This document shows, piece by piece, positions 37,906 through 47,115 of a DNA stretch of 64,000 nucleotides. Positions within the stretch are counted from its first letter, which is position 1. Each line of letters begins with the position of its first letter. A model generated the notes under the pieces. The model made no database searches and was not told where the DNA came from. It worked only from the letters and a program-made list of their open reading frames with translations. A program made the translations under genes and the position numbers. The stretch is taken from contig CAZKJH010000001.1 of NCBI GenBank assembly GCA_964553035.1, positions 7,020 through 71,019 on the forward strand, written 5' to 3'. The DNA comes from an uncultured Lentisphaerales bacterium (GTDB lineage Bacteria; Verrucomicrobiota; Kiritimatiellia; RFP12; UBA3636).

Positions 37906-39180
37906 ATGGCAGAGAGATGGTTGATCGTATCGGTTGCGGGTCTGGGATGGAGCGATGTCTCCAGCCGATCCCTGCAACATAGTGCTGGGCTTGAATTCAA
38001 GCCCGCTTCAACTGTTTTCCCAGCCGTCACCTGCACCGTGCAAGCGAGTTTCAGAACGGCTTCTTCTCCGGCATCGCACGGCATGACCTCGAACGGCGTG
38101 TTCAGCCGAAACCTCCGCAAGGCGGCGTTCTGGGAGCAGTCCGCCGGCCTTGTCAACGGTTCGCGCATCTGGGATGGGGCTCGCAAAGCAGGGCGGTCTG
38201 TCGGACTTTTCTTCTGGCAGCAGAGCCTTGGCGAAACCGTCGACTACCTCGTCTCCCCCACCCCGCTACACAAGCACGAAGGGGGGATGATCATGCAGCA
38301 CTACACAAAACCCGGTGAACTCGGCAAGCTGATCGACATCGCGTGTGGAACATTTCCGCTGCACCGCTACTGGGGCCCACTGGCATCGCCCAAAGTCGGC
38401 AACGTCATCGTCAAAAGCACCGAAACCGCTCTGGATGCCGTGTCGCCGGATGTGGCCTTGCTCTACCTGCCAACGCTGGATTACGATCTGCAACGTTTCG
38501 GGCCGGTAGATCCGCGTTGTGACCGTTCTTTTACCCTGCTCGAGCAGCAGCTCCAGCGGCTGAGCACCTTGGCGGATAAGCAAGGCCGGCAAATGCTCGT
38601 GTTTGGTGATTACGCCATCAGCCCCGTCTCGCAAGCACCTGCATTTCCGAACATCACGCTCCGAAAAGCAGGTTTCTTCAACACCCGCAGCATCCGCAGC
38701 ATGGCCTATCCCGACATTTATTCGTCACGCGCCTTTGCTATGGCCGATCACGAAGTCGCACACGTCTACGTACACGATGCGTCTGACATCGGTCGTATCA
38801 GCGAACTTTTCGCATCAACTGGAGAGTACGAATCAGTCGAACTCAAAACGCCCGACTGCGACTGGGGACATGCCTCAGCAGGCGAGATTCTCCTCACGGC
38901 GCGCAAAGGCTCCTGGTGCGCTTATCCTTGGTGGACAGATAAACGCGAAGCACCGGACTATGCCACGCATATCGACATCCATTCGAAACCCGGATACGAT
39001 CCCTGCGAACTCTTCTTCGGCTCGCATTTCCCCCCAACCGTCAGTCTCGACACCAGCCGCATCCGCGGTACGCACGGACGGTGCTGCGACATCGCATTCG
39101 CCTCGTCTGCCCCTTTAGCCGATCTCGGGGCGGATCCGACAATCCTTTCCATTGCCTCGGCACTCTCAAAAAGGCTTTGA
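37906..39180 (+). CDS. alkaline-phosphatase superfamily protein, type I phosphodiesterase/nucleotide pyrophosphatase family (EboF-like)
   Basis: N-terminal LIVSVAGLGW and metal-ligand TFPAVTCT motifs of PF01663-type enzymes. Confidence 0.5.
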   Translation: MAERWLIVSVAGLGWSDVSSRSLQHSAGLEFKPASTVFPAVTCTVQASFRTASSPASHGMTSNGVFSRNLRKAAFWEQSAGLVNGSRIWDGARKAGRSVGLFFWQQSLGETVDYLVSPTPLHKHEGGMIMQHYTKPGELGKLIDIACGTFPLHRYWGPLASPKVGNVIVKSTETALDAVSPDVALLYLPTLDYDLQRFGPVDPRCDRSFTLLEQQLQRLSTLADKQGRQMLVFGDYAISPVSQAPAFPNITLRKAGFFNTRSIRSMAYPDIYSSRAFAMADHEVAHVYVHDASDIGRISELFASTGEYESVELKTPDCDWGHASAGEILLTARKGSWCAYPWWTDKREAPDYATHIDIHSKPGYDPCELFFGSHFPPTVSLDTSRIRGTHGRCCDIAFASSAPLADLGADPTILSIASALSKRL

Positions 39181-39186
39181 ATTACC

Positions 39187-40353
39187 ATGAAACAAGATAC
39201 TGTCATTGATAACCAGTTCACGGTTCGATTCGACTTCCCAGTCGTTTTCACGGAAAACGCCTTTGCACTCGATTCTGATTTACTCTGCCACATCGTCGAC
39301 AAGCTCGGCGAAAAACGCCGTCAGCGCGTCGTTGTCTTCATCGATGCTGGCCTTGCCGAAGCAAAGCCAGAACTAGAAGCCTCAATCCGCGATTACGCTC
39401 ACGCGCATGCAGAGGTCTTCGAGCTAGCCACGGATCCTATTCGCCTTCCCGGTGGATTTACAGTCAAGAACGACAATGCGATACTGAAGGACATCATTTT
39501 TACACTGGGCAACCTTCACATGGACCGGCAGAGCTTCGTACTCGCCATCGGCGGTGGAAGCCTGCTGGATGCCGTCGGACTCGCCACAGCACTACTGCAT
39601 CGCGGCCTTCGCCTCATCAGAATGCCCACCACGGTTCTTGCGCAGGCCGATGCTGGTATCGGCGTCAAAAACGGCATCGATCATCACGGACAGAAAAATT
39701 TTATTGGCACGTTCGCCCCACCCTTTGCTGTTATCAACGACCTGTCTCTCCTCACCTCGCTACCGAAAACCGAACGAATCGGCGGTCTTGCGGAAGTGGT
39801 CAAGGTCGCTATTATCCGCGACGCAAACTTCTTTGCACAACTGGAACAAGATGCCGATGCGCTCGTCGATGGCGAACCCGTCGCCCTGCGTCGTGCCATC
39901 GAAGAATCAGCAGCGATCCATCTGCGCCAAATCTGCACGGGAGGCGACCCGTTCGAATTCGGCTCTGCTCGCCCGCTGGACTTCGGTCACTGGATCGGGC
40001 ATCGACTCGAAATCATGTCAGGACACGCCATCCACCACGGACAAGGTGTCGGCATCGGCATGGCAGTGGACACCGTTTATGCAACGCTCACTGGCCTTCT
40101 TCCGAAAGCCGACAGCGACAGAATCATCGCACTCATCCGCAAGCTCGGATTGCCGCTCTACCTCCCAGAGCTGGACATGATGCGACCCGACGGCGAGTTG
40201 GAAGTGCTGCGCGGCATCAGCGATTTCCGCGAACATCTCGGCGGCCGCCTCTGCATCACGCTACCGACATCCATCGGCAGTGCCAAAGAAGTCCACAGCA
40301 TGGACAACGCCCTCATTGAAAAGGCCATTGCCATCGTCAAAAGGGAGAAGTAG
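39187..40353 (+). CDS. 3-dehydroquinate-synthase-like sugar phosphate cyclase (EboD/EEVS/DHQS family)
   Basis: GGGSLLD NAD-binding motif; H...HGQGVG metal-binding His motifs; 388 aa. Confidence 0.55.
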   Translation: MKQDTVIDNQFTVRFDFPVVFTENAFALDSDLLCHIVDKLGEKRRQRVVVFIDAGLAEAKPELEASIRDYAHAHAEVFELATDPIRLPGGFTVKNDNAILKDIIFTLGNLHMDRQSFVLAIGGGSLLDAVGLATALLHRGLRLIRMPTTVLAQADAGIGVKNGIDHHGQKNFIGTFAPPFAVINDLSLLTSLPKTERIGGLAEVVKVAIIRDANFFAQLEQDADALVDGEPVALRRAIEESAAIHLRQICTGGDPFEFGSARPLDFGHWIGHRLEIMSGHAIHHGQGVGIGMAVDTVYATLTGLLPKADSDRIIALIRKLGLPLYLPELDMMRPDGELEVLRGISDFREHLGGRLCITLPTSIGSAKEVHSMDNALIEKAIAIVKREK

Positions 40354-40553
40354 CGAGTGGCGAGTTGTGAGTGGTGAGTGGCGAGTTGCAAAAGCCTGTA
40401 GCCGTGATCGGTGATCACGGACTACTCCGGCCTCGCCGAGGCCAGCCACAGGGGAGAAATAGCGAGTGGCGAGTTGCAAAAGCCTGTAGTCGCGATCGGT
40501 GATCACGGACTACTCCGGCCTCGCCGAGGCCAGCCACAGGGGAGAAGTAGCGC
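40343..40553 (+). repeat. tandem ~88-bp hairpin-containing units (2.3 copies), the core of a MITE-like element
   Basis: Unit AGGGGAGAARTAGCGAGTGGCGAGTTGCAAAAGCCTGTAGYCGYGATCGGTGATCACGGACTACTCCGGCCTCGCCGAGGCCAGCCAC; each has hairpins CGTGATCggtGATCACG and GGCCTCGcCGAGGCC. Flanked by inverted GAGTKG-heptamer arrays at 40352-40388 and 40622-40660. Confidence 0.75.
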
Positions 40554-40746
40554 GTGCAAACGGTTCGTCCAATGGTATCTGATTTTCCTCTCTCCCTTCA
40601 ATCAGTCTCTGTTTGAAGGTTTTCATGTCGCAACTCACAACTCGCAACTTCTCACAACTTCCCACAAATCTCTCTTGCTTGCAATAACACCTTCAAGTAG
40701 AATGTTATGAATATTACCTAGGCGACATCAACACCATTTTTTATCC

Positions 40747-41739
40747 ATGATACAAAGACCTGAAAAACTCGAAGCGATCCTCGCTGCAATCAAAGGCAAA
40801 CGCATCGTGGTCATCGGCGATGTTATGCTCGACAACTACATTTGGGGAGACACCTCCCGAATCTCGCCCGAGGCCCCAGTCCCCATTGTCAAAGTTGCCG
40901 AAGAAACATATACGGCCGGTGGTGCCGCTAACGTTGCCCTCAACATCGCCTCGCTCGGGGGCTCGGCTCAGCTTTTCGGCAGAATTGGTGACGATGCCAA
41001 TGGGCAAAAGCTCGCCTCCGTCATCAAGGCCGGCAATGTTGAAATCCTGCCAGGTGTCATCAGCACAGCTCACGAAACCATCGTCAAAACGAGGATTATC
41101 TGTCGCCGTCAACAAGTCTGCCGCCTTGATCGCGAAGCCGCGCCCGAAACGTTCGCCTTGGCTCTTCACGAAATCACTAAGACCCTCGCAGCCGCCATGA
41201 GAGATGCCGACGCCGTTATTATTTCGGACTACGGCAAAGGCATCGTCACCACCGAATCTGTTAAGGCCATCCAGCAGGCCGCTCCGGCGAAGCTCTTCAT
41301 CGCGCTTGACCCTAAACCGCGCGCTGGTATCCAGTACCACCATCTCTCCGTCATGACACCCAATCGTGCTGAAGCTCTCAAGCTAGCCGGCATTGAAGAG
41401 GACGCAGGCGTCTTTCCTGCAGAAGAAGTTTTTAGACGCATACGTGAAAAATTCGCGCCCGAACACCTTGTCGTCACTATGGGCTCTGATGGGATGCTGA
41501 TCAGCCCGAACGGTCAACCTGCAGAACAGATCCCTACCGTCGCGCGCGAAGTCTTCGACGTCTCCGGAGCCGGAGACACGGTCATCGCAGCGCTCACCCT
41601 CGCCTCCGCCGCTGGCGTATCGCTTTTCGATGCTGCACGCTTCGCCAACACGGCGGCGGGATTTGTTGTCGGCAAGCTCGGAACGGCAACCGCCACCCCC
41701 GAGGACATTCGCCGTTATGCGGCAGAGGCTTCTAAATGA
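40747..41739 (+). CDS. D-glycero-beta-D-manno-heptose-7-phosphate kinase (RfaE domain I / HldE kinase domain, PfkB family)
   Basis: VIGDVMLDNYIWGD N-terminal motif and GAGDT ATP-site motif. Confidence 0.65.
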   Translation: MIQRPEKLEAILAAIKGKRIVVIGDVMLDNYIWGDTSRISPEAPVPIVKVAEETYTAGGAANVALNIASLGGSAQLFGRIGDDANGQKLASVIKAGNVEILPGVISTAHETIVKTRIICRRQQVCRLDREAAPETFALALHEITKTLAAAMRDADAVIISDYGKGIVTTESVKAIQQAAPAKLFIALDPKPRAGIQYHHLSVMTPNRAEALKLAGIEEDAGVFPAEEVFRRIREKFAPEHLVVTMGSDGMLISPNGQPAEQIPTVAREVFDVSGAGDTVIAALTLASAAGVSLFDAARFANTAAGFVVGKLGTATATPEDIRRYAAEASK

Positions 41740-42275
41740 TACGAGATGCTTTATTTTTAGATCGTGACGACACGATGATTTACGACGATGGCTATATGGG
41801 GCATCCCGAGCAGATCCGGCTGTTGCCCGGGGTTGCGGAAGCTCTCCGAAAAGCAGCGACACGCTTTCGTCTCTACTTGGTCACCAACCAAAGCGGCATC
41901 GGCCGCGGGTTATATACACTCGAAGATGCAGAAGCGTGTAATCGGCGGTTGCTGGAGTTGCTCAAACTTCCGGAGCTGGGGTTTGACGGAATCTGCATTG
42001 CACCCGAAAAGCCTGGAGAACCCTCCCAATACCGGAAGCCCTCGCCTGCCTACATCCTCGAGAAAATTGATCAAGATGACCTTGATGTCGAAGCCTGTTG
42101 CATCATTGGCGACAAGGTCTCCGATCTCGAATGCGGACTCAACGCTGGCATCCGCTCCATCCTCGTTGGAAAGGGCGAAGGAGAACCGCGCGCGGATGCG
42201 CTGCAGTTCGCACAGAAAAACGGCATGTCTGTCTTCAAGTCGCTCCCCGATGCCATTGAGGCGATACTCGGATAA
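41736..42275 (+). CDS. gmhB: D,D-heptose 1,7-bisphosphate phosphatase (HAD-IIIA)
   Basis: LFLDRDDT HAD motif I, LVTNQSG, GDKVSD; ATGA overlap with the upstream kinase gene. Confidence 0.65.
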   Translation: MIRDALFLDRDDTMIYDDGYMGHPEQIRLLPGVAEALRKAATRFRLYLVTNQSGIGRGLYTLEDAEACNRRLLELLKLPELGFDGICIAPEKPGEPSQYRKPSPAYILEKIDQDDLDVEACCIIGDKVSDLECGLNAGIRSILVGKGEGEPRADALQFAQKNGMSVFKSLPDAIEAILG

Positions 42276-42335
42276 GGCTCAGATAATTATTCGAGAGCAC
42301 TTGTGAATAAACCACCCTGCTGGGCCGTCTAAGAA

Positions 42336-42914
42336 ATGAAGATTAACGTATCAGACTGTGAGCTTCTAGAGAAAGCGAGAGAAGGCGACTTCGAAGCTTT
42401 TGCTCAGCTCACGGAACCGTACAGAGGCAATGCCTGCGAGTTTCTGTCGAGGCTCGTAGGGGAAGGTTTAGCAGAAGATGTTTTCATGAAGGCCACACTC
42501 AATGCGTGGCGAGCACTCAAATCTTTCAGCGGAAAATCTTCTTACAAGACGTGGCTCTTTAGCATTGCTCGGTACGCAGCGCTTGATGAATTACGAAAGG
42601 GAAAATCACGAAACGAGGTTTCAACAGACGATGAAGAATCTGCTGTGGCGATTAGCCGACTCGAAGATCCAACAACGCCAACACCCTCTAAAACCTTAGA
42701 AAACGAAGAAAGGAGTCGGATCCTAGAGAAAGCCCTTGAACAACTACCCGAAACGCATCGATCTGTGCTCGTGCTCTACTATTATCAAGACTTCCAATAC
42801 GCTGAAATTGCTGAAACACTTGGACTCTCAATCGGAACCGTCATGTCGAGACTGCACCACGCCAAGAAAAAACTAGAACAAGTGCTCACACAGTACAAAG
42901 AGGATCTATTTTAG
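42336..42914 (+). CDS. ECF-type RNA polymerase sigma factor
   Basis: Region 2 (FMKATLNAWR) and region 4 (YAEIAETLGLSIGTVMSRLHHAKKKL). Confidence 0.7.
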   Translation: MKINVSDCELLEKAREGDFEAFAQLTEPYRGNACEFLSRLVGEGLAEDVFMKATLNAWRALKSFSGKSSYKTWLFSIARYAALDELRKGKSRNEVSTDDEESAVAISRLEDPTTPTPSKTLENEERSRILEKALEQLPETHRSVLVLYYYQDFQYAEIAETLGLSIGTVMSRLHHAKKKLEQVLTQYKEDLF

Positions 42915-42916
42915 CC

Positions 42917-43282
42917 ATGAAACACGAAGAAATCAAAAACCTACTCCGCGAAAGTGCGACGGCTATACCTCTCAGGCCGGCTGCGGAATTCTGGGCTGAT
43001 TTTAAAAATAAAGCCACAGTAGCTGTCGATGAGACCCAAGATGTTTTCGTACCAAAGCGCCAGACTTGGTTGGCGCGTTTCTACCCCGCCCTCGCCTCAG
43101 CGGCATCCATCGCCGCATGCGCAGTAATCTATATTTCACTCCAGAGCCACCACGAGCCTTACCGCGCACTCGATAGCTTCCGTATCGGCTCTAACTTTCA
43201 GAACAACGGTGCTGTGGTCATCACGGATTCGGCAACGGATGCTACCATTCTCTGGGTCATGACAGAGGAGGAGGAATCATGA
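42917..43282 (+). CDS. putative anti-sigma factor (single TM)
   Basis: Immediately downstream of the ECF sigma gene with 2-nt spacing; central TM segment LASAASIAACAVIYI. Confidence 0.45.
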   Translation: MKHEEIKNLLRESATAIPLRPAAEFWADFKNKATVAVDETQDVFVPKRQTWLARFYPALASAASIAACAVIYISLQSHHEPYRALDSFRIGSNFQNNGAVVITDSATDATILWVMTEEEES

Positions 43283-43698
43283 AAAGCAAAATTCTTAAAC
43301 TCGTCATCACCGCACTGATCTTTACCACGGTCTCGTCGCAGGGAGGATCTGCCATGCTCAATGCGAAGTTGCTAAAACTGACCAGCAACGGCACGATTAC
43401 ACCAGAGCTTGAGAACGTTGCCGCCATCATCCAGCGGAATCTTCCCTACGCAGGATGCGAGCTTGTAGAGCAGAAGGCCTGTGTGTTGCCTGCAAATTCA
43501 ATACTTTCGTTCAAAACCGGCTACAAACTTGTCTGCAAAAGCACAGAAGATTCTGTAGCCGTCACGATTCTGAAAAAAAACAAGTTGCTCATCTCCACCA
43601 CCGTCACGCTCAAAGATGCTACGCCCGTGATTATCGGGGGGTTCGATGGGGGCACCACCGGTACAAAGCACGTCTTCGTCCTTCAGAAAGGCGAGTAA
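43279..43698 (+). CDS. small secreted hypothetical protein
   Basis: Signal peptide MKSKILKLVITALIFTTVSS; 4-nt overlap with the upstream gene. Confidence 0.4.
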   Translation: MKSKILKLVITALIFTTVSSQGGSAMLNAKLLKLTSNGTITPELENVAAIIQRNLPYAGCELVEQKACVLPANSILSFKTGYKLVCKSTEDSVAVTILKKNKLLISTTVTLKDATPVIIGGFDGGTTGTKHVFVLQKGE

Positions 43699-43714
43699 AC
43701 TGTGTCGCGAGCCG

Positions 43715-43846
43715 CTAGTACATTGTACAGGCAGAAATGACGGTAATTTTCAGGTAGAGTACATGATTAACAATATTGAAACCAAGAACTTAATCTTGTA
43801 AATCTTGTAATCATGTCTTACCAATACGCGCTGTACAGAGTACTAG
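43715..43846 (+). repeat. ~130-bp element with 16-bp imperfect terminal inverted repeats (CTAGTACATTGTACAG / CTGTACAGAGTACTAG) between convergent genes
   Basis: Seen directly. The internal 20-mer AATCTTGTAATCMTGTCT recurs upstream of fhs at ~33092-33111. Confidence 0.6.
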
Positions 43847-44226
43847 TTGCGTTCTTTATCCTTTTGCTTGACTTTGATATCTTTGCCTTGGTGTCGCATC
43901 ACCCGTAGCAGAACGCTATTGAGCAAAAAGCTCAGCACCATAAATACGGCACCGATAAGCCCATTACTCACCGCAATGAGGTTTATCCCTTCCATCGTGA
44001 TGACATCGTCGGCTATTGGTTTGGTTTTTTGATGAATCGTTGGCTCATTCGTCACTGCGGTTTTTTCTTTGGAATCAGCGCTCATGAGACGCTTCGAAAC
44101 GATATATTCGTTCTTAGGCTTCATTGCAAGCTGAGTTATGCCTACAGTAAAAAATACCCCACCAAGACCAAACAGGAACAGGGCGAAAAGATTAAACAAT
44201 TTGAGTTCGCGGCTACTGTATTTCAC
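43843..44226 (-). CDS. hypothetical membrane protein (2 TM)
   Basis: 127-aa ORF with hydrophobic segments. Confidence 0.35.
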   Translation of the reverse strand: MKYSSRELKLFNLFALFLFGLGGVFFTVGITQLAMKPKNEYIVSKRLMSADSKEKTAVTNEPTIHQKTKPIADDVITMEGINLIAVSNGLIGAVFMVLSFLLNSVLLRVMRHQGKDIKVKQKDKERN

Positions 44227-44511
44227 AAAAACCTCTTTTGGTGATAATTTTCATCATACGCCTAAGGAAGTACCAACCTTAGCGCACTTGTATCTGAAAA
44301 TCAAGGAAAAAACAACGCCGAAAAACAACCGTCTCTAGAGCATGTATGGCTGTTCGAACCTATTTGAAGGAGCTTGGAGCAACCGCGGCGGTGAGCCGCG
44401 ATCAGGTGCGGGTGGTGCGGATTCCATGGCAGCGACGAATGTTCCAGTGGCAGGGTTTTTCTATTGGTTGAACGTTATGTTGCCATAATGGTAGATAGGA
44501 AGGAAGAAGGT

Positions 44512-44739
44512 ATGAAGAACAAGAAATATGCGATAGCTTTGATTGTGTTGGGATCCGGATTCGCTACACTCTACGCTGCAGACCTCACTACAAATAATGC
44601 AAACAGCCAGAATGTCACCATCCCCACCTCCTACATTCGCATACTGGCCATTGACCCCGGTCCGCCAGTCGCAGTGACCTTCACCCCCGCCTCGGCGGCA
44701 CGTGCCTACACGCTACTGTATAATGTGTTGTCACATTAA
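44512..44739 (+). CDS. small secreted hypothetical protein
   Basis: Internal Met start MKNKKYAIALIVLGSGFATLYA signal peptide, preceded by GGAAGGAAGAAGG. Confidence 0.35.
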   Translation: MKNKKYAIALIVLGSGFATLYAADLTTNNANSQNVTIPTSYIRILAIDPGPPVAVTFTPASAARAYTLLYNVLSH

Positions 44740-45008
44740 AGTCGTCCCTCTCAGGGTCATAATGAAAAGGAAAGTTATGAGAACTTTGCGATCCTCTTGC
44801 GCCCTTGCGGTAAAATCAGTGTAATCTCAAATACTGAATTCGAGCGGATTCTTTTTCGTCTGCCTTTTAGGCTTGCAAGATGATGCCGCAAGTGCTTTAA
44901 TATCAAACGGTTCTGACGACCAATATTCAACAGCTCTTGGCTGTCACCCTAGGAGATCCTAGGTGGGTCAGATTGAATTCATTTTCCACAACAACCTACT
45001 TATTTTCA

Positions 45009-46709
45009 ATGCGCTGGTCAAAAACACTGATTTCTACATTACGCGATGACCCACAAGAAGCTGAAATCACCTCGCACAAGCTGATGCTCAGAGCGGGTCT
45101 CCTTCGTAAGCTCTCCGGTGGTCTCTATACCTTCACGCCGCTCGGTCTCCGCGTCCTCCATAAAGTAGAGAACATCATCCGTGAAGAAATGGATCGTGCA
45201 GGTGCACAGGAAATACTGATGCCCGCGCTACAGCCGATTGAACTATGGGAGAAATCGGGGCGTGCTTCGCAAATGGGCTCCTCGATGTTCCGCCTGAAAG
45301 ATCGTCAGGATCGTCAAATGGTTCTCGGCCCGACGCACGAAGAAGTCGTCACGGACTACATCATGCACGAGATCAATTCTTACCGGCAGCTCCCCTGCAC
45401 CGTCTATCAGATCCAGACGAAATTCCGCGACGAAATACGCCCGCGCTTCGGCCTCATGCGCGCCAAAGAATTCATCATGAAGGATGCGTACAGCTTCGAT
45501 GTTTCGCTCGATGCCGCAGATGCCAGCTACCAGGCGATGTTCGATGCCTACGTCAGGATCTTTGATCGCTGCGGCCTTATCGCCAAACCCGTGGAAGCCG
45601 ACACGGGAAACATCGGTGGCAATCATTCGCATGAGTTCATGGTGCTCGCCCCCTCTGGCGAGGATGGGATTCTTGCTTGCTCGTCCTGTAGTTATGCTGC
45701 GAATCAGGAACGCGCCGAACGGAAAGTTTCTGGATCTCCCTACAGCACCAAAATGGCAGAACCAACTGAGGTTCCAACACCTGGTGCACGCACAGTTGAA
45801 GAATCGGCTCAAGCGGTAGGCGTCCCGAACGATCAGATCGTCAAATCACTTATCTATCTCGCTGATGGCAAAGCGTTAATGGCCATCGTGCCGGGAACTC
45901 GCGAACTGAACGAATGCAAGCTGAGAAGAATTCTTGGTTGCGCATCGCTTGAAATGGCGGACGATGAAACGTCCGCAAAATACGCAGGAGCGTTCGGCTC
46001 GATTGGCCCCATCGGCGTTACCATTCCCGTCTATGCCGACTTCGGCCTCAAGGGCGCACAAGACGTCGTCGTTGGAGCCAACAAAACAGGTTTTCACATC
46101 AAACATGTTTCGATTGAAGCGCAAGTTCAAATCGCCGCGTGGCACGATCTCGTCACGGTTGAGGCGGAGGACTGCTGCCCGAAATGCGGCCAGCCGCTCG
46201 CAATGGCTCGTGGTATCGAAGTTGGCCACGTTTTCAAACTGGGCACCAAATATACAGAAGCTTTCGATGCCACGTTTCTGGACTCCGAAAAGAAATCGAA
46301 CGTTATGGTCATGGGTTGTTACGGCATCGGCGTAACCCGTACGGTGCAGGCTGTGGTGGAGCAGAACTTCGATAAAGACGGAATCATTTGGCCCGCTTCA
46401 ATTTCACCTTGTCAGGTTGCCCTGCTACCTCTCGATGCACATAAGGATGAGAATTGTCGCCGCGTATCAGAGGCACTTGAGAACGAGCTTCAGGCAAACG
46501 GAATTGATGTCCTCGTTGATGATCGCGAAGAGCGGCCCGGTCTCAAATTCAAGGATGCCGATCTCATTGGCTTTACGTTGCGCGTCGTTGTCGGCTCACG
46601 GTCACTCGAGAAAGGGGTCATCGAATTGCGGGAACGCAAGTCCGGTGAGACAACGTTTGTCCCCATTACCGATGCCATCAATGCCATCAAAGCTATTCTT
46701 GCCAAATAA
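45009..46709 (+). CDS. proS: proline--tRNA ligase (bacterial type with editing domain)
   Basis: Class II motifs (FRDEIRPRFGLMRAKEF, GCYGIG) and anticodon-binding domain; start set at MRWSKTL. Confidence 0.8.
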   Translation: MRWSKTLISTLRDDPQEAEITSHKLMLRAGLLRKLSGGLYTFTPLGLRVLHKVENIIREEMDRAGAQEILMPALQPIELWEKSGRASQMGSSMFRLKDRQDRQMVLGPTHEEVVTDYIMHEINSYRQLPCTVYQIQTKFRDEIRPRFGLMRAKEFIMKDAYSFDVSLDAADASYQAMFDAYVRIFDRCGLIAKPVEADTGNIGGNHSHEFMVLAPSGEDGILACSSCSYAANQERAERKVSGSPYSTKMAEPTEVPTPGARTVEESAQAVGVPNDQIVKSLIYLADGKALMAIVPGTRELNECKLRRILGCASLEMADDETSAKYAGAFGSIGPIGVTIPVYADFGLKGAQDVVVGANKTGFHIKHVSIEAQVQIAAWHDLVTVEAEDCCPKCGQPLAMARGIEVGHVFKLGTKYTEAFDATFLDSEKKSNVMVMGCYGIGVTRTVQAVVEQNFDKDGIIWPASISPCQVALLPLDAHKDENCRRVSEALENELQANGIDVLVDDREERPGLKFKDADLIGFTLRVVVGSRSLEKGVIELRERKSGETTFVPITDAINAIKAILAK

Positions 46710-46745
46710 ACCAGAACTCTATCATACCAATCCCGAGGTCGTAGA

Positions 46746-47069
46746 ATGAAAAATACAGTTAATAATAAGGATTTAGCCAACACAGCTCTGACAAAACATG
46801 ATGTCGTGATGAAGCTCAACAATGAAACTCGGCTCACGCAGCCTGAGGCAGCAGTAGCACTCCAACTCGTTCTCGATGCCATTACAGAGAGCCTTGCCGC
46901 TGGTGGGCATATTGAATTTCGTGACTTCGGTGTTTTCGAAGTGGTCACGCGCAAATCAAGAATTGGTCGAAACCCCAACAAGCCTGAAGATACCGTTGAG
47001 ATTCCTCAGCGCAAGGTTGTCAAGTTCAAGCCAAGCAAGAAACTGAAGGCTTCCATTCTGGGCGAATAA
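46746..47069 (+). CDS. HU/IHF-family nucleoid-associated DNA-binding protein
   Basis: GFGVFEVVTRKSRIGRNPNKPEDTVEIPQRKVVKFKPS arm motif. Confidence 0.65.
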   Translation: MKNTVNNKDLANTALTKHDVVMKLNNETRLTQPEAAVALQLVLDAITESLAAGGHIEFRDFGVFEVVTRKSRIGRNPNKPEDTVEIPQRKVVKFKPSKKLKASILGE

Positions 47070-47115
47070 CGATCGCTCGTGGAACTCGAAACCATCTAAA
47101 GAGTAGGTTTATACC

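Noticed and set aside
40343-40553. Possible CRISPR array
   Set aside because: There are only ~2.3 contiguous units with no unique spacers between them. The units are 88 bp, far longer than CRISPR repeats, and no cas genes are present.
40158-40710. Three overlapping ORFs beginning MITD... (two minus, one plus)
   Set aside because: They are generated by the tandem 88-bp repeats and inverted heptamer arrays of the MITE-like element. Their near-identical N-termini reflect repeat copies, not a gene family.
45243-45812. 189-aa minus-strand ORF
   Set aside because: Antisense inside proS. ORFs at 58244..59119 (antisense to lepA), 5047..5538 (antisense to the M28-GNAT gene) and 38266..38634 (antisense to the AP-family gene) were rejected for the same reason.
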